Shown: positions 21,567-31,707, counted from the first letter of the stretch. The stretch is 64,000 nucleotides of DNA from Thermotogaceae bacterium (GCA_029981435.1 JARRBB010000004.1:166-64165), one strand, 5' to 3'. Notes: generated from the sequence alone by a model not told the origin. Numbers and translations are program-made.

Positions 21567-23261
21567 ATGCAAGAAAAAATAAAGTATAAAAGGCTTGGAG
21601 AGATTTTGATTGAAGAAGGAATATTAACAAAACGAGATCTTGTTACTGCAATGAATTTGCAACAAAATGTCAGAAAACCTCTTGGTGAAATTCTGGTTGA
21701 GTACAATTTTGCCACCTGGGAACAGATCGCTGAGGCTCTTTCCAAACAGTATAATTTACCCTTACTTAGAGAACCCCCGAAAAATATTGAACCTGATGTT
21801 CTATCGATGCTTCCTCAGACCCTCGTTGAAAAATACAGGATAATTCCAATATCAGTGGATAAGTCAAAAGGTAGAATTACCATAGCTACCGACAATGTGG
21901 TCAATTTTGGAAGAATAATTCAAGAAGTCAGATTTGCCACAGGTCTGGAAGTTGATATAGTACTCATGCCAAAAGATATATTTGAATTAACCTACGATGA
22001 ATATTTTCGAAGTGGTATAAACAAAGAAATCGTTGAAGAATTAAGAATAGATTTATCAGCCGAGGAAGTTGAGGAAACCGAAGAAACCGAAGAACTTGAA
22101 GCAGCACCTGTCGTAAGGCTTGTAAATACATTAATAGAAGGTGCTATTAGAGATCAAGCGAGTGATATACACATAGAACCTGCAGACAAATCTGTTACTG
22201 TTAGATACAGAATAGACGGTATTTTGAGAAAGGTCACCTCATATCCTAAACACTCACATAATGCAGTTGTCTCAAGGATAAAAATTCTTTCAAATCTTGA
22301 TATATCCGAAAGAAGGATACCTCAAGATGGTAAGTTTTTTGTGAAATTCGAAGAGGAACAGTACGATTTGAGAGTATCTACCATGCCAACAATATATGGG
22401 GAAAAAGTGGTAATGAGAATTCTGAGAGTTTCGGCATCTCAGAAAAAGATAGAAGATCTCGGTTTCACTGACTACAATAGAAAACGCCTGATGTATCTGT
22501 TGGATCATCCGTATGGAATAATACTTGTCACAGGTCCTACGGGTAGCGGAAAATCCACAACACTTGTGGCAATTTTGAACGAACTGAAAGACGTAACAAA
22601 AAACATAATTACTATAGAAGATCCTGTTGAATACAGCATAGAAGGAGTGAATCAAAGTCAGGCTAATCCAGATATAGGTTTAACTTTTGCACGAATGCTT
22701 CGTTCCGTTTTAAGACAAGATCCGGATATAATAATGGTTGGTGAGATAAGAGACAAAGAAACTGCTCAGCTTGCAATAGAAGCTTCAATGACAGGCCATC
22801 TTGTATTCAGTACTCTTCACACCAATAATGCGCCTTCAGCTGTTTCAAGACTTGTTAATCTGGGAATAGATCCTTATCTTATAACTACATCCTTGATTGG
22901 TGTAATTGCTCAAAGACTCGTAAGAACTCTTTGTAATGAATGCAAGCAAAAGAAACCTCTCAGAGATGAATATTTTGACCTTGTTGACAAACTTTATCCG
23001 GAATTAGAAAAAGTAGAATACGTTCCTGTTGGTTGTTCAGCTTGCAAAAAAAGTGGATTCAAAGGTAGAACCGCTATCCATGAAGTCATGATTGTAGACG
23101 AAAAACTGAAACAACTTATAGTTTCTGGAGGTTCAAAAATAGAAATCGAAAAGCTGGCGCGTTCTAACGGAATGCGCACCCTGTTTGAAGATGGTTTTGA
23201 AAAAGTTTTGAAAGGAATAACCTCTCTCGATGAAGTTAAAAGGGTTGCTGCAGAGGAATGA
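21567..23261 (+). CDS. GspE/PulE/PilB secretion/pilus ATPase with N-terminal MshEN-like c-di-GMP motif
   Basis: RLGEIL..EG repeats, ASDIHIEP, GPTGSGKST, LRQDPDIIMVGEIRD, STLHTN, tetracysteine motif. Confidence 0.95.
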   Translation: MQEKIKYKRLGEILIEEGILTKRDLVTAMNLQQNVRKPLGEILVEYNFATWEQIAEALSKQYNLPLLREPPKNIEPDVLSMLPQTLVEKYRIIPISVDKSKGRITIATDNVVNFGRIIQEVRFATGLEVDIVLMPKDIFELTYDEYFRSGINKEIVEELRIDLSAEEVEETEETEELEAAPVVRLVNTLIEGAIRDQASDIHIEPADKSVTVRYRIDGILRKVTSYPKHSHNAVVSRIKILSNLDISERRIPQDGKFFVKFEEEQYDLRVSTMPTIYGEKVVMRILRVSASQKKIEDLGFTDYNRKRLMYLLDHPYGIILVTGPTGSGKSTTLVAILNELKDVTKNIITIEDPVEYSIEGVNQSQANPDIGLTFARMLRSVLRQDPDIIMVGEIRDKETAQLAIEASMTGHLVFSTLHTNNAPSAVSRLVNLGIDPYLITTSLIGVIAQRLVRTLCNECKQKKPLRDEYFDLVDKLYPELEKVEYVPVGCSACKKSGFKGRTAIHEVMIVDEKLKQLIVSGGSKIEIEKLARSNGMRTLFEDGFEKVLKGITSLDEVKRVAAEE

Positions 23262-23267
23262 GTTAGA

Positions 23268-24506
23268 ATGTCGAATAGAAAATACTATTCTCGTTCTCCA
23301 GAGGAATGGAAAAAGCTTGATGAAGAAAAGCGGAGAATTTATCTTCAAAGAAACCAAAGATTGCGTCGTAGAGCCTACACTTTTCTTTTTATAAATTTTT
23401 TCGTAATCGCAATTGTCCTTCTTGGCTATTTTATTTCCAAGGAATTTCCTGCTCCACAGCAACCTTACGTTTCCTTCAGTGGTGATCTGAGCTTCCAACT
23501 GATCATGGGAAAAAATGAAAAATATCATCCGGATGAATTAGTGGATGTTGTTGTCAAAGCCATTAACAATTCAAAAAAAAGTGTGAAATTAAAGATTAAA
23601 AACTTCAAAATAACAATATTAGATAGATCCAACAATGCTGTTTATGACTTTGTTTACACTGAAACAGTGGAAAAAGAACTTGAGGGTTATCAATCTGTTT
23701 TAATCTTCAGTTTGAAACATGAAAAGGAATTGCGACTGCCTCCAGGAATATACAGAATTGACACTGAAATCGAACTGGACAAAGATAATATAAGGTTGCA
23801 GAGGACTTTTGAGGTTGAGGAGAGCGTTTCTATATCCCTCACTAGTAAAGATGATTTTTTATTTCCAGAAGAAGAATCGCAAATTTCTGTTTATTTTACT
23901 AACCACTCACTTTACAGCGGTACTTTGAGCCTGAGTTCTCTAAATTTTTCTATAAATAACAGCGGTTTTAGAGTACCAGTAGAAAAAAGGGAATTTTCAA
24001 TTAGTAGTGGAGAAGAACTGAAGATAACCGATATCAAATTCCAAGCTCCAAAAGAAAAAGGAATATATTTGACAAAAGTAGAAGCCGTTTTTTTGCTTGA
24101 TAGGGAAATCAAAACTTTTTCCGCCGAAAAAAGTATAGTAGTAATTCCAAAGGAAGAGTTGAGTAACACTGATAATTTGAGAATCATAACCGATTCTGTA
24201 ATAGTTGCTACAAAAGGGAACGAAATTAAATTCAAGGTTTTTTTTGCTAACGACTCCTCAAAAGATAAGTTCATAATTTTAAACAGATTTCTCTTGAGAA
24301 TATCCAAATCGGGAATGGATTTCTATAAATACGATACAGTACAGAATTTTAAAATCATGGTTCCAGCCTACTCCAAACGGATTATTTTTAACACAGAGGA
24401 TTGGCAGAGATTGATTTTTAATGAAGAAGGAAAATATGATGTTGAAATAACAGCACATACAAATACTGGCACAATAAAACACCATTATCAAATACTTGTT
24501 TATTAA
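23268..24506 (+). CDS. Hypothetical single-pass membrane protein with beta-rich extracytoplasmic domains
   Basis: Basic N-terminus, one TM helix, about three beta-sandwich-like segments; 6 nt after the ATPase gene. Confidence 0.7.
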   Translation: MSNRKYYSRSPEEWKKLDEEKRRIYLQRNQRLRRRAYTFLFINFFVIAIVLLGYFISKEFPAPQQPYVSFSGDLSFQLIMGKNEKYHPDELVDVVVKAINNSKKSVKLKIKNFKITILDRSNNAVYDFVYTETVEKELEGYQSVLIFSLKHEKELRLPPGIYRIDTEIELDKDNIRLQRTFEVEESVSISLTSKDDFLFPEEESQISVYFTNHSLYSGTLSLSSLNFSINNSGFRVPVEKREFSISSGEELKITDIKFQAPKEKGIYLTKVEAVFLLDREIKTFSAEKSIVVIPKEELSNTDNLRIITDSVIVATKGNEIKFKVFFANDSSKDKFIILNRFLLRISKSGMDFYKYDTVQNFKIMVPAYSKRIIFNTEDWQRLIFNEEGKYDVEITAHTNTGTIKHHYQILVY

Positions 24507-24580
24507 TCCTTTCTTTTTATCTTTCCAAGTAGGGGTGCCTTCAAAAACACAATTGAATAGATAGAAAGGAGCTGAGAAAA

Positions 24581-25591
24581 TTGATAAGAGTCATTGTTTG
24601 GGGATTTGGAGAAATGGGGAAGGGAATAGTAGAAAACATTCTCAGCAAAAAAAGTGTTCTTGAACTGGTAGGAGTGATTGATGTTAAACCCGACCTGGTT
24701 GAAAAAGATGCGGGATTGTTGCTTGGAAAAGAAAAAATAGGAATTAGAGTATCCTCGAATCCTGAAAAACTTCTCGATGAAGCGAATCCTGATATAGTAA
24801 TACTTTCAACTAATTCTTTCGTTGAGAATGTACTTCCTCAAATTGAAATGATTATTAAAAAACATATCAATTTGATAACAATAGCCGAAGAAATGGCTTA
24901 TCCTTTTCACACACATCCTGAAGAATCCAGCTTGATTGATTCACTTGCTAAAAGGTATGGTGCAACAGTTCTGGGAACTGGCATAAACCCTGGATTCGTT
25001 CTCGATACTCTCATCATAACCCTGACAGCCGTATGTAAAAAAGTAAAGAAAATAAAAGCCAGGAGAGTAAATGATCTCTCACCATTTGGGCCTACAGTCA
25101 TGAAAACGCAGGGTGTTGGAACAACTGTTGAAGAATTTTACAAAGGCCTTGAGAAAGGCGAAATAGTTGGACATATTGGTTTTGAGCAATCCATAAACAT
25201 GATAGCTGATGCTTTGGGATGGAAACTTGAAAAGATAGAAGAGATAAGAGAGCCAATAGTTTCAAAAGTTCAGCGTGAAACAAAATATGTTGAAGTAAAA
25301 CCTGGGATGGTTGCAGGTTGTAAGCATGTAGGAAAAGGTTATTTAAACGGTGAGATAGTTATTGAACTTGAGCATCCTCAGCAGATAAGACCGGAACTTG
25401 AAAACGTTGAAACAGGAGATTACATATGCATTGAAGGTGAACCAGATATAAATCTTTCAATAAAGCCTGAAATACCAGGTGGTACAGGCACCATAGCGAT
25501 GGCTGTGAACATGATTCCAATGGTAGTGGAACACAAACCAGGCTTTTATTCGATGAAAGATTTTCCAATTCCAAGATGTTTAAACATTTAA
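24581..25591 (+). CDS. ord: 2,4-diaminopentanoate dehydrogenase
   Basis: [46 protein letters not shown]; heads the ortAB-oraSE cluster. Confidence 0.92.
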   Translation: MIRVIVWGFGEMGKGIVENILSKKSVLELVGVIDVKPDLVEKDAGLLLGKEKIGIRVSSNPEKLLDEANPDIVILSTNSFVENVLPQIEMIIKKHINLITIAEEMAYPFHTHPEESSLIDSLAKRYGATVLGTGINPGFVLDTLIITLTAVCKKVKKIKARRVNDLSPFGPTVMKTQGVGTTVEEFYKGLEKGEIVGHIGFEQSINMIADALGWKLEKIEEIREPIVSKVQRETKYVEVKPGMVAGCKHVGKGYLNGEIVIELEHPQQIRPELENVETGDYICIEGEPDINLSIKPEIPGGTGTIAMAVNMIPMVVEHKPGFYSMKDFPIPRCLNI

Positions 25592-25610
25592 TCTCCAGGA
25601 GGGATGTACT

Positions 25611-25916
25611 ATGGCAGCACGAAAAGGTGATTGGGTTCAAATACATTCAACAATACTCAAACCTCAAGAAAGGTCAGAACATTTACCCGAAGATACAAAG
25701 AATGTTCCGTTTGAGATGAGAGTCAAAGGATTTTTGGTAAACGAATCTGCTGAAGTTGGCGATTATGTTGAAATAGAAACTCTTTCAGGCCGTAAAATTC
25801 ATGGAAAATTAATAGAAGTAAACCCAAAATATAGGCATGATTTCGGCGAACCTGTACCGGAATTACTGAAAATCGGTATCGAGTTACGTAAGATACTTGA
25901 TGAAACTGAGAGGTGA
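25611..25916 (+). CDS. ortA: 2-amino-4-ketopentanoate thiolase subunit alpha
   Basis: KGDWVQIH..L.P.ERS..LPEDTK.VP.EM.VKGFL; NPKYRHDFG. Confidence 0.92.
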   Translation: MAARKGDWVQIHSTILKPQERSEHLPEDTKNVPFEMRVKGFLVNESAEVGDYVEIETLSGRKIHGKLIEVNPKYRHDFGEPVPELLKIGIELRKILDETER

Positions 25917-27340
25917 TCGACTTGAATAATTACTCTTATCAAAAAATTATGGAAAGAAAAAATGAGATAATCAAAAAATCTGTTGGAATAGATTATGAAA
26001 AATTCAGAACAGGGGGTATTGCATTCGATTACGAAAAGATGATGCAGGAAGTTGGTTACTCAATCGAAGAAGTACGAAAGATTCAGGATGAAGTCAGTGT
26101 TGGAAGAACTCCTCTAGTAGAACTCAAAAACATCACAAGACTTGTAAGGAAAATTTCAAAACCAGGAAAAGGAGCGAGAATATTTCTAAAAGATGAAGCC
26201 TGCAATCCATCGGGTAGCTTTAAAGACCGAAGGGCTTCTTTAAGCGTTTTTCATGCCAAAAAAAATGGATATGAAGGAGTAATAGCTGCTACAAGTGGAA
26301 ATTATGGCGCAGCTGTTGCCTCGCAGGCTGCCAAAAGATTCCTAAAATGCATAATTGTTCAAGAAACTTTTGATAGCCAGGGAATTGGTCAACCAGAAAT
26401 ATTGGAGAAAGGAAGAGCATGCGAAGCGTATGGAGCTGAAGTTATACAACTGAGCGTTGGACCAGAGCTTTTCTATTATTCACTTGTTCTTTTGGAACAA
26501 ACGGGCTATTTCAATGCTTCACTTTACACCCCTTTTGCAATAGCTGGAATAGAAACTCTCGGATATGAAATAGCTGAACAGATGTGGGAAAAAGAAGGAA
26601 AGTTTCCAGATGTTGTTGTAGTAACTCACGCTGGTGGTGGAAATATAACAGGAACTGCAAGAGGATTGATAAAAGCTGGGGCAAAAAATACAGAAATTGT
26701 TGCAGCGAGTGTAGATTTAAGAGGACTTCATATGGCTTCGGATAGTGATTTTAACCGTAAATCTTTTACAACTGGACATACTGGTTTTGGTGTTCCATTT
26801 GCTGTTTTTCCAGATAGGTCAGATGTTCCAATAAACGCTGCCCGACCTCTAAGATATATGGATAGGTATGTTCTTGTCACACAAGGTGAGGTTTTCTATG
26901 TTACCGAGATGCTTGCACAACTTGAAGGAATGCAAAGAGGTCCAGCAGGTAATACTTCACTTGCAGCTGCAATTGCGATTGCAAAAGAACTTGAAGAAGA
27001 CAAAATAGTTGTGGTACAGGAAACAGAGTACACCGGTGCGGGTAAACTTCCAAGCGCTCAGCTTACTTTCGCACGAAAAATGGGCATCGAAATAAAACGA
27101 GGAGACCCTTTAAAAGAAGATAAACCAGGCGAAAGGATAGTTATCCCTGAGAATCCTTCTCAAATTGAATTTATAGAATTAAATCTGTTTGATTTAAAAA
27201 AATCTTATATAAAAGAAATAATGAAGCGAAATAACAAATACAAATTTTCGGAAGTTGAAATCAAATTTATTTCCGAAGATATTCGACTTCCAATTTCTGA
27301 AACTATCGAATTGATTAAAATTACAAAGGAGGAAATATAG
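25913..27340 (+). CDS. ortB: 2-amino-4-ketopentanoate thiolase subunit beta (PLP)
   Basis: KDEACNPSGSFKDRRA PLP-lysine motif, ATSGNYGAAVASQAA, RGPAGNTSLA. Confidence 0.93.
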   Translation: MIDLNNYSYQKIMERKNEIIKKSVGIDYEKFRTGGIAFDYEKMMQEVGYSIEEVRKIQDEVSVGRTPLVELKNITRLVRKISKPGKGARIFLKDEACNPSGSFKDRRASLSVFHAKKNGYEGVIAATSGNYGAAVASQAAKRFLKCIIVQETFDSQGIGQPEILEKGRACEAYGAEVIQLSVGPELFYYSLVLLEQTGYFNASLYTPFAIAGIETLGYEIAEQMWEKEGKFPDVVVVTHAGGGNITGTARGLIKAGAKNTEIVAASVDLRGLHMASDSDFNRKSFTTGHTGFGVPFAVFPDRSDVPINAARPLRYMDRYVLVTQGEVFYVTEMLAQLEGMQRGPAGNTSLAAAIAIAKELEEDKIVVVQETEYTGAGKLPSAQLTFARKMGIEIKRGDPLKEDKPGERIVIPENPSQIEFIELNLFDLKKSYIKEIMKRNNKYKFSEVEIKFISEDIRLPISETIELIKITKEEI

Positions 27341-27341
27341 T

Positions 27342-27710
27342 ATGCAAAGACCCGATGATTTCGAAAAAAGAAAAAAACATCTTGAAAATATGACCGATGA
27401 AGAGCTTGATAGATACTTCTGGGAATTAGCGAACAAAATTGTAGAGCCACTGATCGAACTTGCAAAAACACATACTTCTCCATCTATAGAAAGATCCGTA
27501 CTTTTGAGAATGGGATTCAACAGTCTTCAGGCTCAAGAGCTTGTGAAAAAAATTCATGAAAAAGGATTACTTGGAAAAGGAGCTGGAAATGTTGTTCTGA
27601 GCCTCGCACAAAAAAAGAAATTAAACTATATTCAAGCTGGTGAAGCACTTATCGAGGGTAAATACTGGGACGAGGTAGAAGACATCTTCAAGGGGGTTGA
27701 TACAAGATGA
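27342..27710 (+). CDS. oraS: D-ornithine 4,5-aminomutase subunit alpha
   Basis: RPDDFEKR..HL..MTDEEL..YFWEL; HTSPSIERSVLLRMGF; GLLGKGAG. Confidence 0.93.
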   Translation: MQRPDDFEKRKKHLENMTDEELDRYFWELANKIVEPLIELAKTHTSPSIERSVLLRMGFNSLQAQELVKKIHEKGLLGKGAGNVVLSLAQKKKLNYIQAGEALIEGKYWDEVEDIFKGVDTR

Positions 27711-29914
27711 ATCTCAACCCAAATGAGAAGATAGATATAGGCTATATTCTCAGAGATCTCCATAAATACAGACCTCGTAGAAAAGGTTGGACATGGCGTA
27801 AAAAACTTTCTTCACCCTACAGGATAAATGATTATGAATACTACCAAATAAGTGAACCTCTTAGAAATTCTATTCCTCTCCCAGCAGCCAAATACTTCGA
27901 TAACATTGATCCTCAACCAGACGTCATTATAACAGCTGAGATAGCTTCAGGAAGGTTTGAAGACGATATAAGAAGAATGAGAATGGCAGCCTGGCATGGT
28001 GCTGACCACATAATGGTCATAAGAACATTGGGACAATCTCACATCGATGGATTAATAGAAGGTACCCCTGAAGGTGTTGGAGGAATTCCGGTAACTCGAA
28101 AACAAATAAGAGCAACAAGAAAAGCTCTTGACATGATAGAAGATGAGGTTGGCCGTCCAATAAATTTTCATAGCTATGTTAGCGGTGTAGCAGGACCAGA
28201 AATGGCGGTATTGTTTGCCGAAGAAGGCGTAAATGGAGCTCATCAGGATCCACAATACAATATTCTGTATCGTGGAATAAATCCCATACGTTCATTCGTG
28301 GATGCCGCTGTTGCAAAAAAAATTATGAGTGCTGTAAACATACTCCAGATCGACGGTGCTCACAATGCAAATGCCTCTGCTCGAGTTGCCTGGAAAGTGA
28401 TGCCAGAATTACTGGTTCAACATGCTATAAACTGTGCCTTTTCGTTGAAAGCGGGTATGAAGCCAGAACTGATAGCCCTTTCAACTGTTCCGCCTATAGT
28501 AGCACCAACTCCTGAGTTTAGAATGAATCTTGTTTATGCTGTAACCCTTAGGGAGTTGTTCAAAGGATTCAGGTTCAGAGCACAAATGAATACAAGATAT
28601 ATAGAATCAGACCTTTTTGATGCCACAAGAATCCATGTTTTGAATACCCTTATATCAAGGCTAACAAGTGCTGATTTGCAGAGTACGATAACTCCTGATG
28701 AGGGTAGAAACGTACCTTGGCACATAAACTCAATCAGAGGCGTTGAAACTGCCAAACACACATTGATAGCCTTAGATGGTATAAAAGAACTTGTGAAAAT
28801 TAATGAAGAAAAAATAAGAAAGCATGTTAGAGAACTTAAAATGAGGGCTATCCTTTTTATGGAGGAAATTCTCGAAGTCGGTGGCTACTTTGAAGCACTC
28901 GAAAGAGGGTTTTTTGTTGATAACGGATACTATCCTGAAAGAGTTGGTGATGGAATCGTTAGAAAGAAAAATGGTGAAATTGCTGCTGGTACTGTCGTTC
29001 CAAGAGACAAAGATTATCTTGCACCTGTTTGCCATCATTTTGGCTATAACAACATACCAGAAAACATTGAAAAACCCTGTAAATTAATAGATGGTTGTAC
29101 TCTGTGTAATCCCAATAAGATTCAGTACATCGATGAATTAGATCCGGAAGACAACGTGGAAAAGAGATATGAAAAGACTCTGAAAATGATAGAATCTGGT
29201 GAAGTTAAACCAGAAGTAGAATGGTTTGGGGATGGTTGGATACAACTGGATATGACCTTCCCGTTATCGGAAGAACTTGCTGAGGCAGCCGCACTTGAAA
29301 TCGCAAGAAAGTTGAACCTCGAAGAAGCTCAGGTAATTCATAAAACAATCCTTCATCCAGCTGAAGGAACTTACATCGAAATGAAAGCAAAGATCCCATT
29401 CAGTTTGAAAATCAACGAACTGAAAATACCTGAAAAACCTGAGGTACTTTCCGAGGAAGAAATAATAAAAGTCGTGGAAGAAAATCCAATAACAGTTGTG
29501 GCAGGGACAGTTGGAAACGACGAACATTCTGTTGGACTTAGGGAAATATTGGATATAAAACATGGTGGAATCGAGAAATACGGAATAAAATACATCTATC
29601 TTGGAACGAGTGTACCTCTAGAAAAAATGATAGATGCAGCTATAGAGACAAATGCAGATGCAATACTTGCAAGTATGATAATAACTCATAACAACGTTCA
29701 CATAGAAAATATGAAAAAACTTCATCAGCTCGCTATAGAAAAAGGTGTCAGGGAAAAACTAATACTGGTAGCTGGTGGAACTCAAATAACAAATGATTTG
29801 GCAAAAGCCAACGGCATGGACGCAGGTTTTGGGCGTGGAACAAAAGGAATCCATGTTGCAAGTTTTCTGGTAAAGAAAAAGCTTGAAATAATCAAAAGCA
29901 GACAGGCCCATTGA
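27707..29914 (+). CDS. oraE: D-ornithine 4,5-aminomutase subunit beta (AdoCbl/PLP)
   Basis: EIASGRFEDDIRRMRMAAWHGADH; B12-binding DEHSVG; PLP lysine in LDIKHGG. Confidence 0.95.
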   Translation: MNLNPNEKIDIGYILRDLHKYRPRRKGWTWRKKLSSPYRINDYEYYQISEPLRNSIPLPAAKYFDNIDPQPDVIITAEIASGRFEDDIRRMRMAAWHGADHIMVIRTLGQSHIDGLIEGTPEGVGGIPVTRKQIRATRKALDMIEDEVGRPINFHSYVSGVAGPEMAVLFAEEGVNGAHQDPQYNILYRGINPIRSFVDAAVAKKIMSAVNILQIDGAHNANASARVAWKVMPELLVQHAINCAFSLKAGMKPELIALSTVPPIVAPTPEFRMNLVYAVTLRELFKGFRFRAQMNTRYIESDLFDATRIHVLNTLISRLTSADLQSTITPDEGRNVPWHINSIRGVETAKHTLIALDGIKELVKINEEKIRKHVRELKMRAILFMEEILEVGGYFEALERGFFVDNGYYPERVGDGIVRKKNGEIAAGTVVPRDKDYLAPVCHHFGYNNIPENIEKPCKLIDGCTLCNPNKIQYIDELDPEDNVEKRYEKTLKMIESGEVKPEVEWFGDGWIQLDMTFPLSEELAEAAALEIARKLNLEEAQVIHKTILHPAEGTYIEMKAKIPFSLKINELKIPEKPEVLSEEEIIKVVEENPITVVAGTVGNDEHSVGLREILDIKHGGIEKYGIKYIYLGTSVPLEKMIDAAIETNADAILASMIITHNNVHIENMKKLHQLAIEKGVREKLILVAGGTQITNDLAKANGMDAGFGRGTKGIHVASFLVKKKLEIIKSRQAH

Positions 29915-29926
29915 GCCTGTCTGCTT
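29896..29926. terminator. Probable bidirectional terminator between convergent oraE and the glycosyltransferase
   Basis: 12-bp inverted repeat AAGCAGACAGGC/GCCTGTCTGCTT spanning the oraE stop. Confidence 0.75.
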
Positions 29927-29931
29927 CTATT

Positions 29932-31137
29932 TCATTTTCTCCAGAATTTCATTAACAGATCCTTTTTGCTACGAAAAGTTTCTATCTGCTTTTCAATAAG
30001 GTTTTCAGCATACTCATCAGGTTTATCAAAAGTTTTTTCAACGAAGTCAGCTACTCTTGCAAAATAGAAAGGCACTAAAGATTTTATTATCTTTTCTCGT
30101 AATTGTGGTTTTCTATACTCTGCTGCAAATTTGTACACGATCTCTACCCATTTTTCCAGTTCAATTACGCCCGTTTCTCTCGTTTGAGATACAACATTTA
30201 CCAGCTCTTTTTCGAGTATTTCATGTAAAAAATCATAATTATTCTCTATACCTTTTTGAGCAGAATTTTTAAGATTCTCTATATCTACTGTCAATGGTTC
30301 AACTTCAACTTCAGGAGCATCACCAAATACAGGTACAGGATCTATTCTATCGTTTTCCACCCAGTATTTCTCATATTTCTCAAGCTGCCTGAAAAGTGTT
30401 CCAACAACCTGACTGAACATTGGACCAAGATGTTTTCCAGGATCTTTAACATCGTGAATCTTAGCTCCAAGAGAAGCTTGATATATGTCTCCTACCTTTT
30501 CACCAATTGCTGTAGTCGTCATCCAGATATCTATACCGAATTTTGCAACATCTGTTTTCCAAACATCTTCTGACTGAGATAGGTAATTCTTTATCAAAGT
30601 TAGACTAACCCCAAAATCTCCACCAATTGGCTGTCTTATTTTCTTTCCAAAAATGGCCGAAACAATAGGATAGCAGATATTGTTTGTTATTGTACCATCG
30701 TATTTGTGTCTTACATAATACGGGGTCACATACACAGCATTTTTCTCAACAATTGGGCGCGTTAGTCTGTCAATCCACCATGGCTCTATACTCCTGAGAT
30801 CCGAATCAACAAAAACAACTACTGGAACTTCCAAAATATTGGCAAGTTTCATAATACTTCCCATCGCACTTCCTTTTCCTGGAAGTCCTTCATAAACAAA
30901 AGATACTTTTTCAGCTAAGGTTTCTACACTCATGAAAACCTCTCTTGTACCATCATTGGAATTTCCATCAGAATTTACTATCAAACCTTTACCATTAAAA
31001 TATTCCTTTATACCTTCATCTACCACTCTTACAACGCGACTTATTGTTGACGAATTGTTATAACTTGGTATCCCGACAAGAATCTCGTAATCTTTCCCTT
31101 TAAATTTATCAGCAATTTTCTCAGGTAATAAAACCAT
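29932..31137 (-). CDS. Glucosylglycerate/mannosylglycerate synthase-like glycosyltransferase (single-step compatible-solute synthase family)
   Basis: VGIPSYNN, PGKGSA, VDSDLRSI, YYVRHKYDGTITN, RQPIGGDF, FGIDIWMTT, KIHDVKDPG. Confidence 0.75.
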   Translation of the reverse strand: MVLLPEKIADKFKGKDYEILVGIPSYNNSSTISRVVRVVDEGIKEYFNGKGLIVNSDGNSNDGTREVFMSVETLAEKVSFVYEGLPGKGSAMGSIMKLANILEVPVVVFVDSDLRSIEPWWIDRLTRPIVEKNAVYVTPYYVRHKYDGTITNNICYPIVSAIFGKKIRQPIGGDFGVSLTLIKNYLSQSEDVWKTDVAKFGIDIWMTTTAIGEKVGDIYQASLGAKIHDVKDPGKHLGPMFSQVVGTLFRQLEKYEKYWVENDRIDPVPVFGDAPEVEVEPLTVDIENLKNSAQKGIENNYDFLHEILEKELVNVVSQTRETGVIELEKWVEIVYKFAAEYRKPQLREKIIKSLVPFYFARVADFVEKTFDKPDEYAENLIEKQIETFRSKKDLLMKFWRK

Positions 31138-31224
31138 CTTAATTCTCCCTCCTGTTATTTTTTTTCATACATGATATTAATTATGAAAATATTTTTCATT
31201 AGATTATAACACTTTTTTGAAATC

Positions 31225-31253
31225 TTGACCAATAGGAATATGCATGATAAAAT
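31225..31253 (+). promoter_or_regulatory. Promoter of tRNA-Thr
   Basis: TTGACC-17 bp-TAAAAT with TGn. Confidence 0.7.
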
Positions 31254-31272
31254 TTTTAATGCTGAAAGTTGA

Positions 31273-31349
31273 GCAGGTGTAGCTTCAACCGGCAGAGCGC
31301 CGCCTTGGTAAGGCGGAGGTCGTGGGTTCAAGTCCCACCACCTGCTCCA
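31273..31349 (+). tRNA. tRNA-Thr(GGT)
   Basis: GCAGGTG acceptor stem, CCGCC-TTGGTAA-GGCGG anticodon arm, GGTTCAAGTCC, TCCA end. Confidence 0.94.
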
Positions 31350-31350
31350 T

Positions 31351-31378
31351 AAAAAGGCAACCGTGTGGTTGCCTTTTT
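31351..31378 (+). terminator. Intrinsic terminator after tRNA-Thr
   Basis: AAAAAGGCAACC-GTGT-GGTTGCCTTTTT. Confidence 0.85.
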
Positions 31379-31388
31379 AAATGGGTTC

Positions 31389-31418
31389 TTGATACCCGTA
31401 GGGGGTATATGATATAAT
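31389..31418 (+). promoter_or_regulatory. Glutaredoxin promoter with a CsoR/RcnR-type operator in the spacer
   Basis: TTGATA-18 bp-TATAAT; ATACCC-GTAGG-GGGTAT inverted repeat at 31392-31408. Confidence 0.7.
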
Positions 31419-31456
31419 TACCCTGAAATATGAAAAAACTGAGGTGAGGTGATAAT

Positions 31457-31693
31457 ATGGTTAAGGTAAAAATATACACTACTCCCACATGTCCATATTG
31501 TTCAGCAGCTAAAAGATTTTTCAGAAGTCTTGGTATTCCTTTCAAAGAAGTTGATGTATCAAGAAATCCAAGAGAAGCAGAATTGCTTTACAGAAAAACT
31601 GGTCAGATGGGAGTGCCTGTTATTGAAGTAGGTAATCAAATAGTCATAGGTTTCGATAGGCCAAAACTTGAAAGACTCCTGGGCATTTCGTAG
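31457..31693 (+). CDS. Glutaredoxin (YruB/NrdH-like)
   Basis: CPYC active site, GQMGVPVI, IVIGFD. Confidence 0.93.
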   Translation: MVKVKIYTTPTCPYCSAAKRFFRSLGIPFKEVDVSRNPREAELLYRKTGQMGVPVIEVGNQIVIGFDRPKLERLLGIS

Positions 31694-31707
31694 CCCAGGA
31701 GTTTTTT
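31675..31707. terminator. Terminator between glutaredoxin and the convergent M28 peptidase
   Basis: ACTCCTGGGC/GCCCAGGAGT stem followed by TTTTT. Confidence 0.75.

Noticed and set aside
24507..24580. Lysine or cobalamin riboswitch before ord (AGGGGTGC seed)
   Set aside because: The gap is only 74 bp, far too short, and downstream conserved elements are absent
31285..31545. 86-aa minus-strand ORF
   Set aside because: Antisense to tRNA-Thr and the glutaredoxin gene
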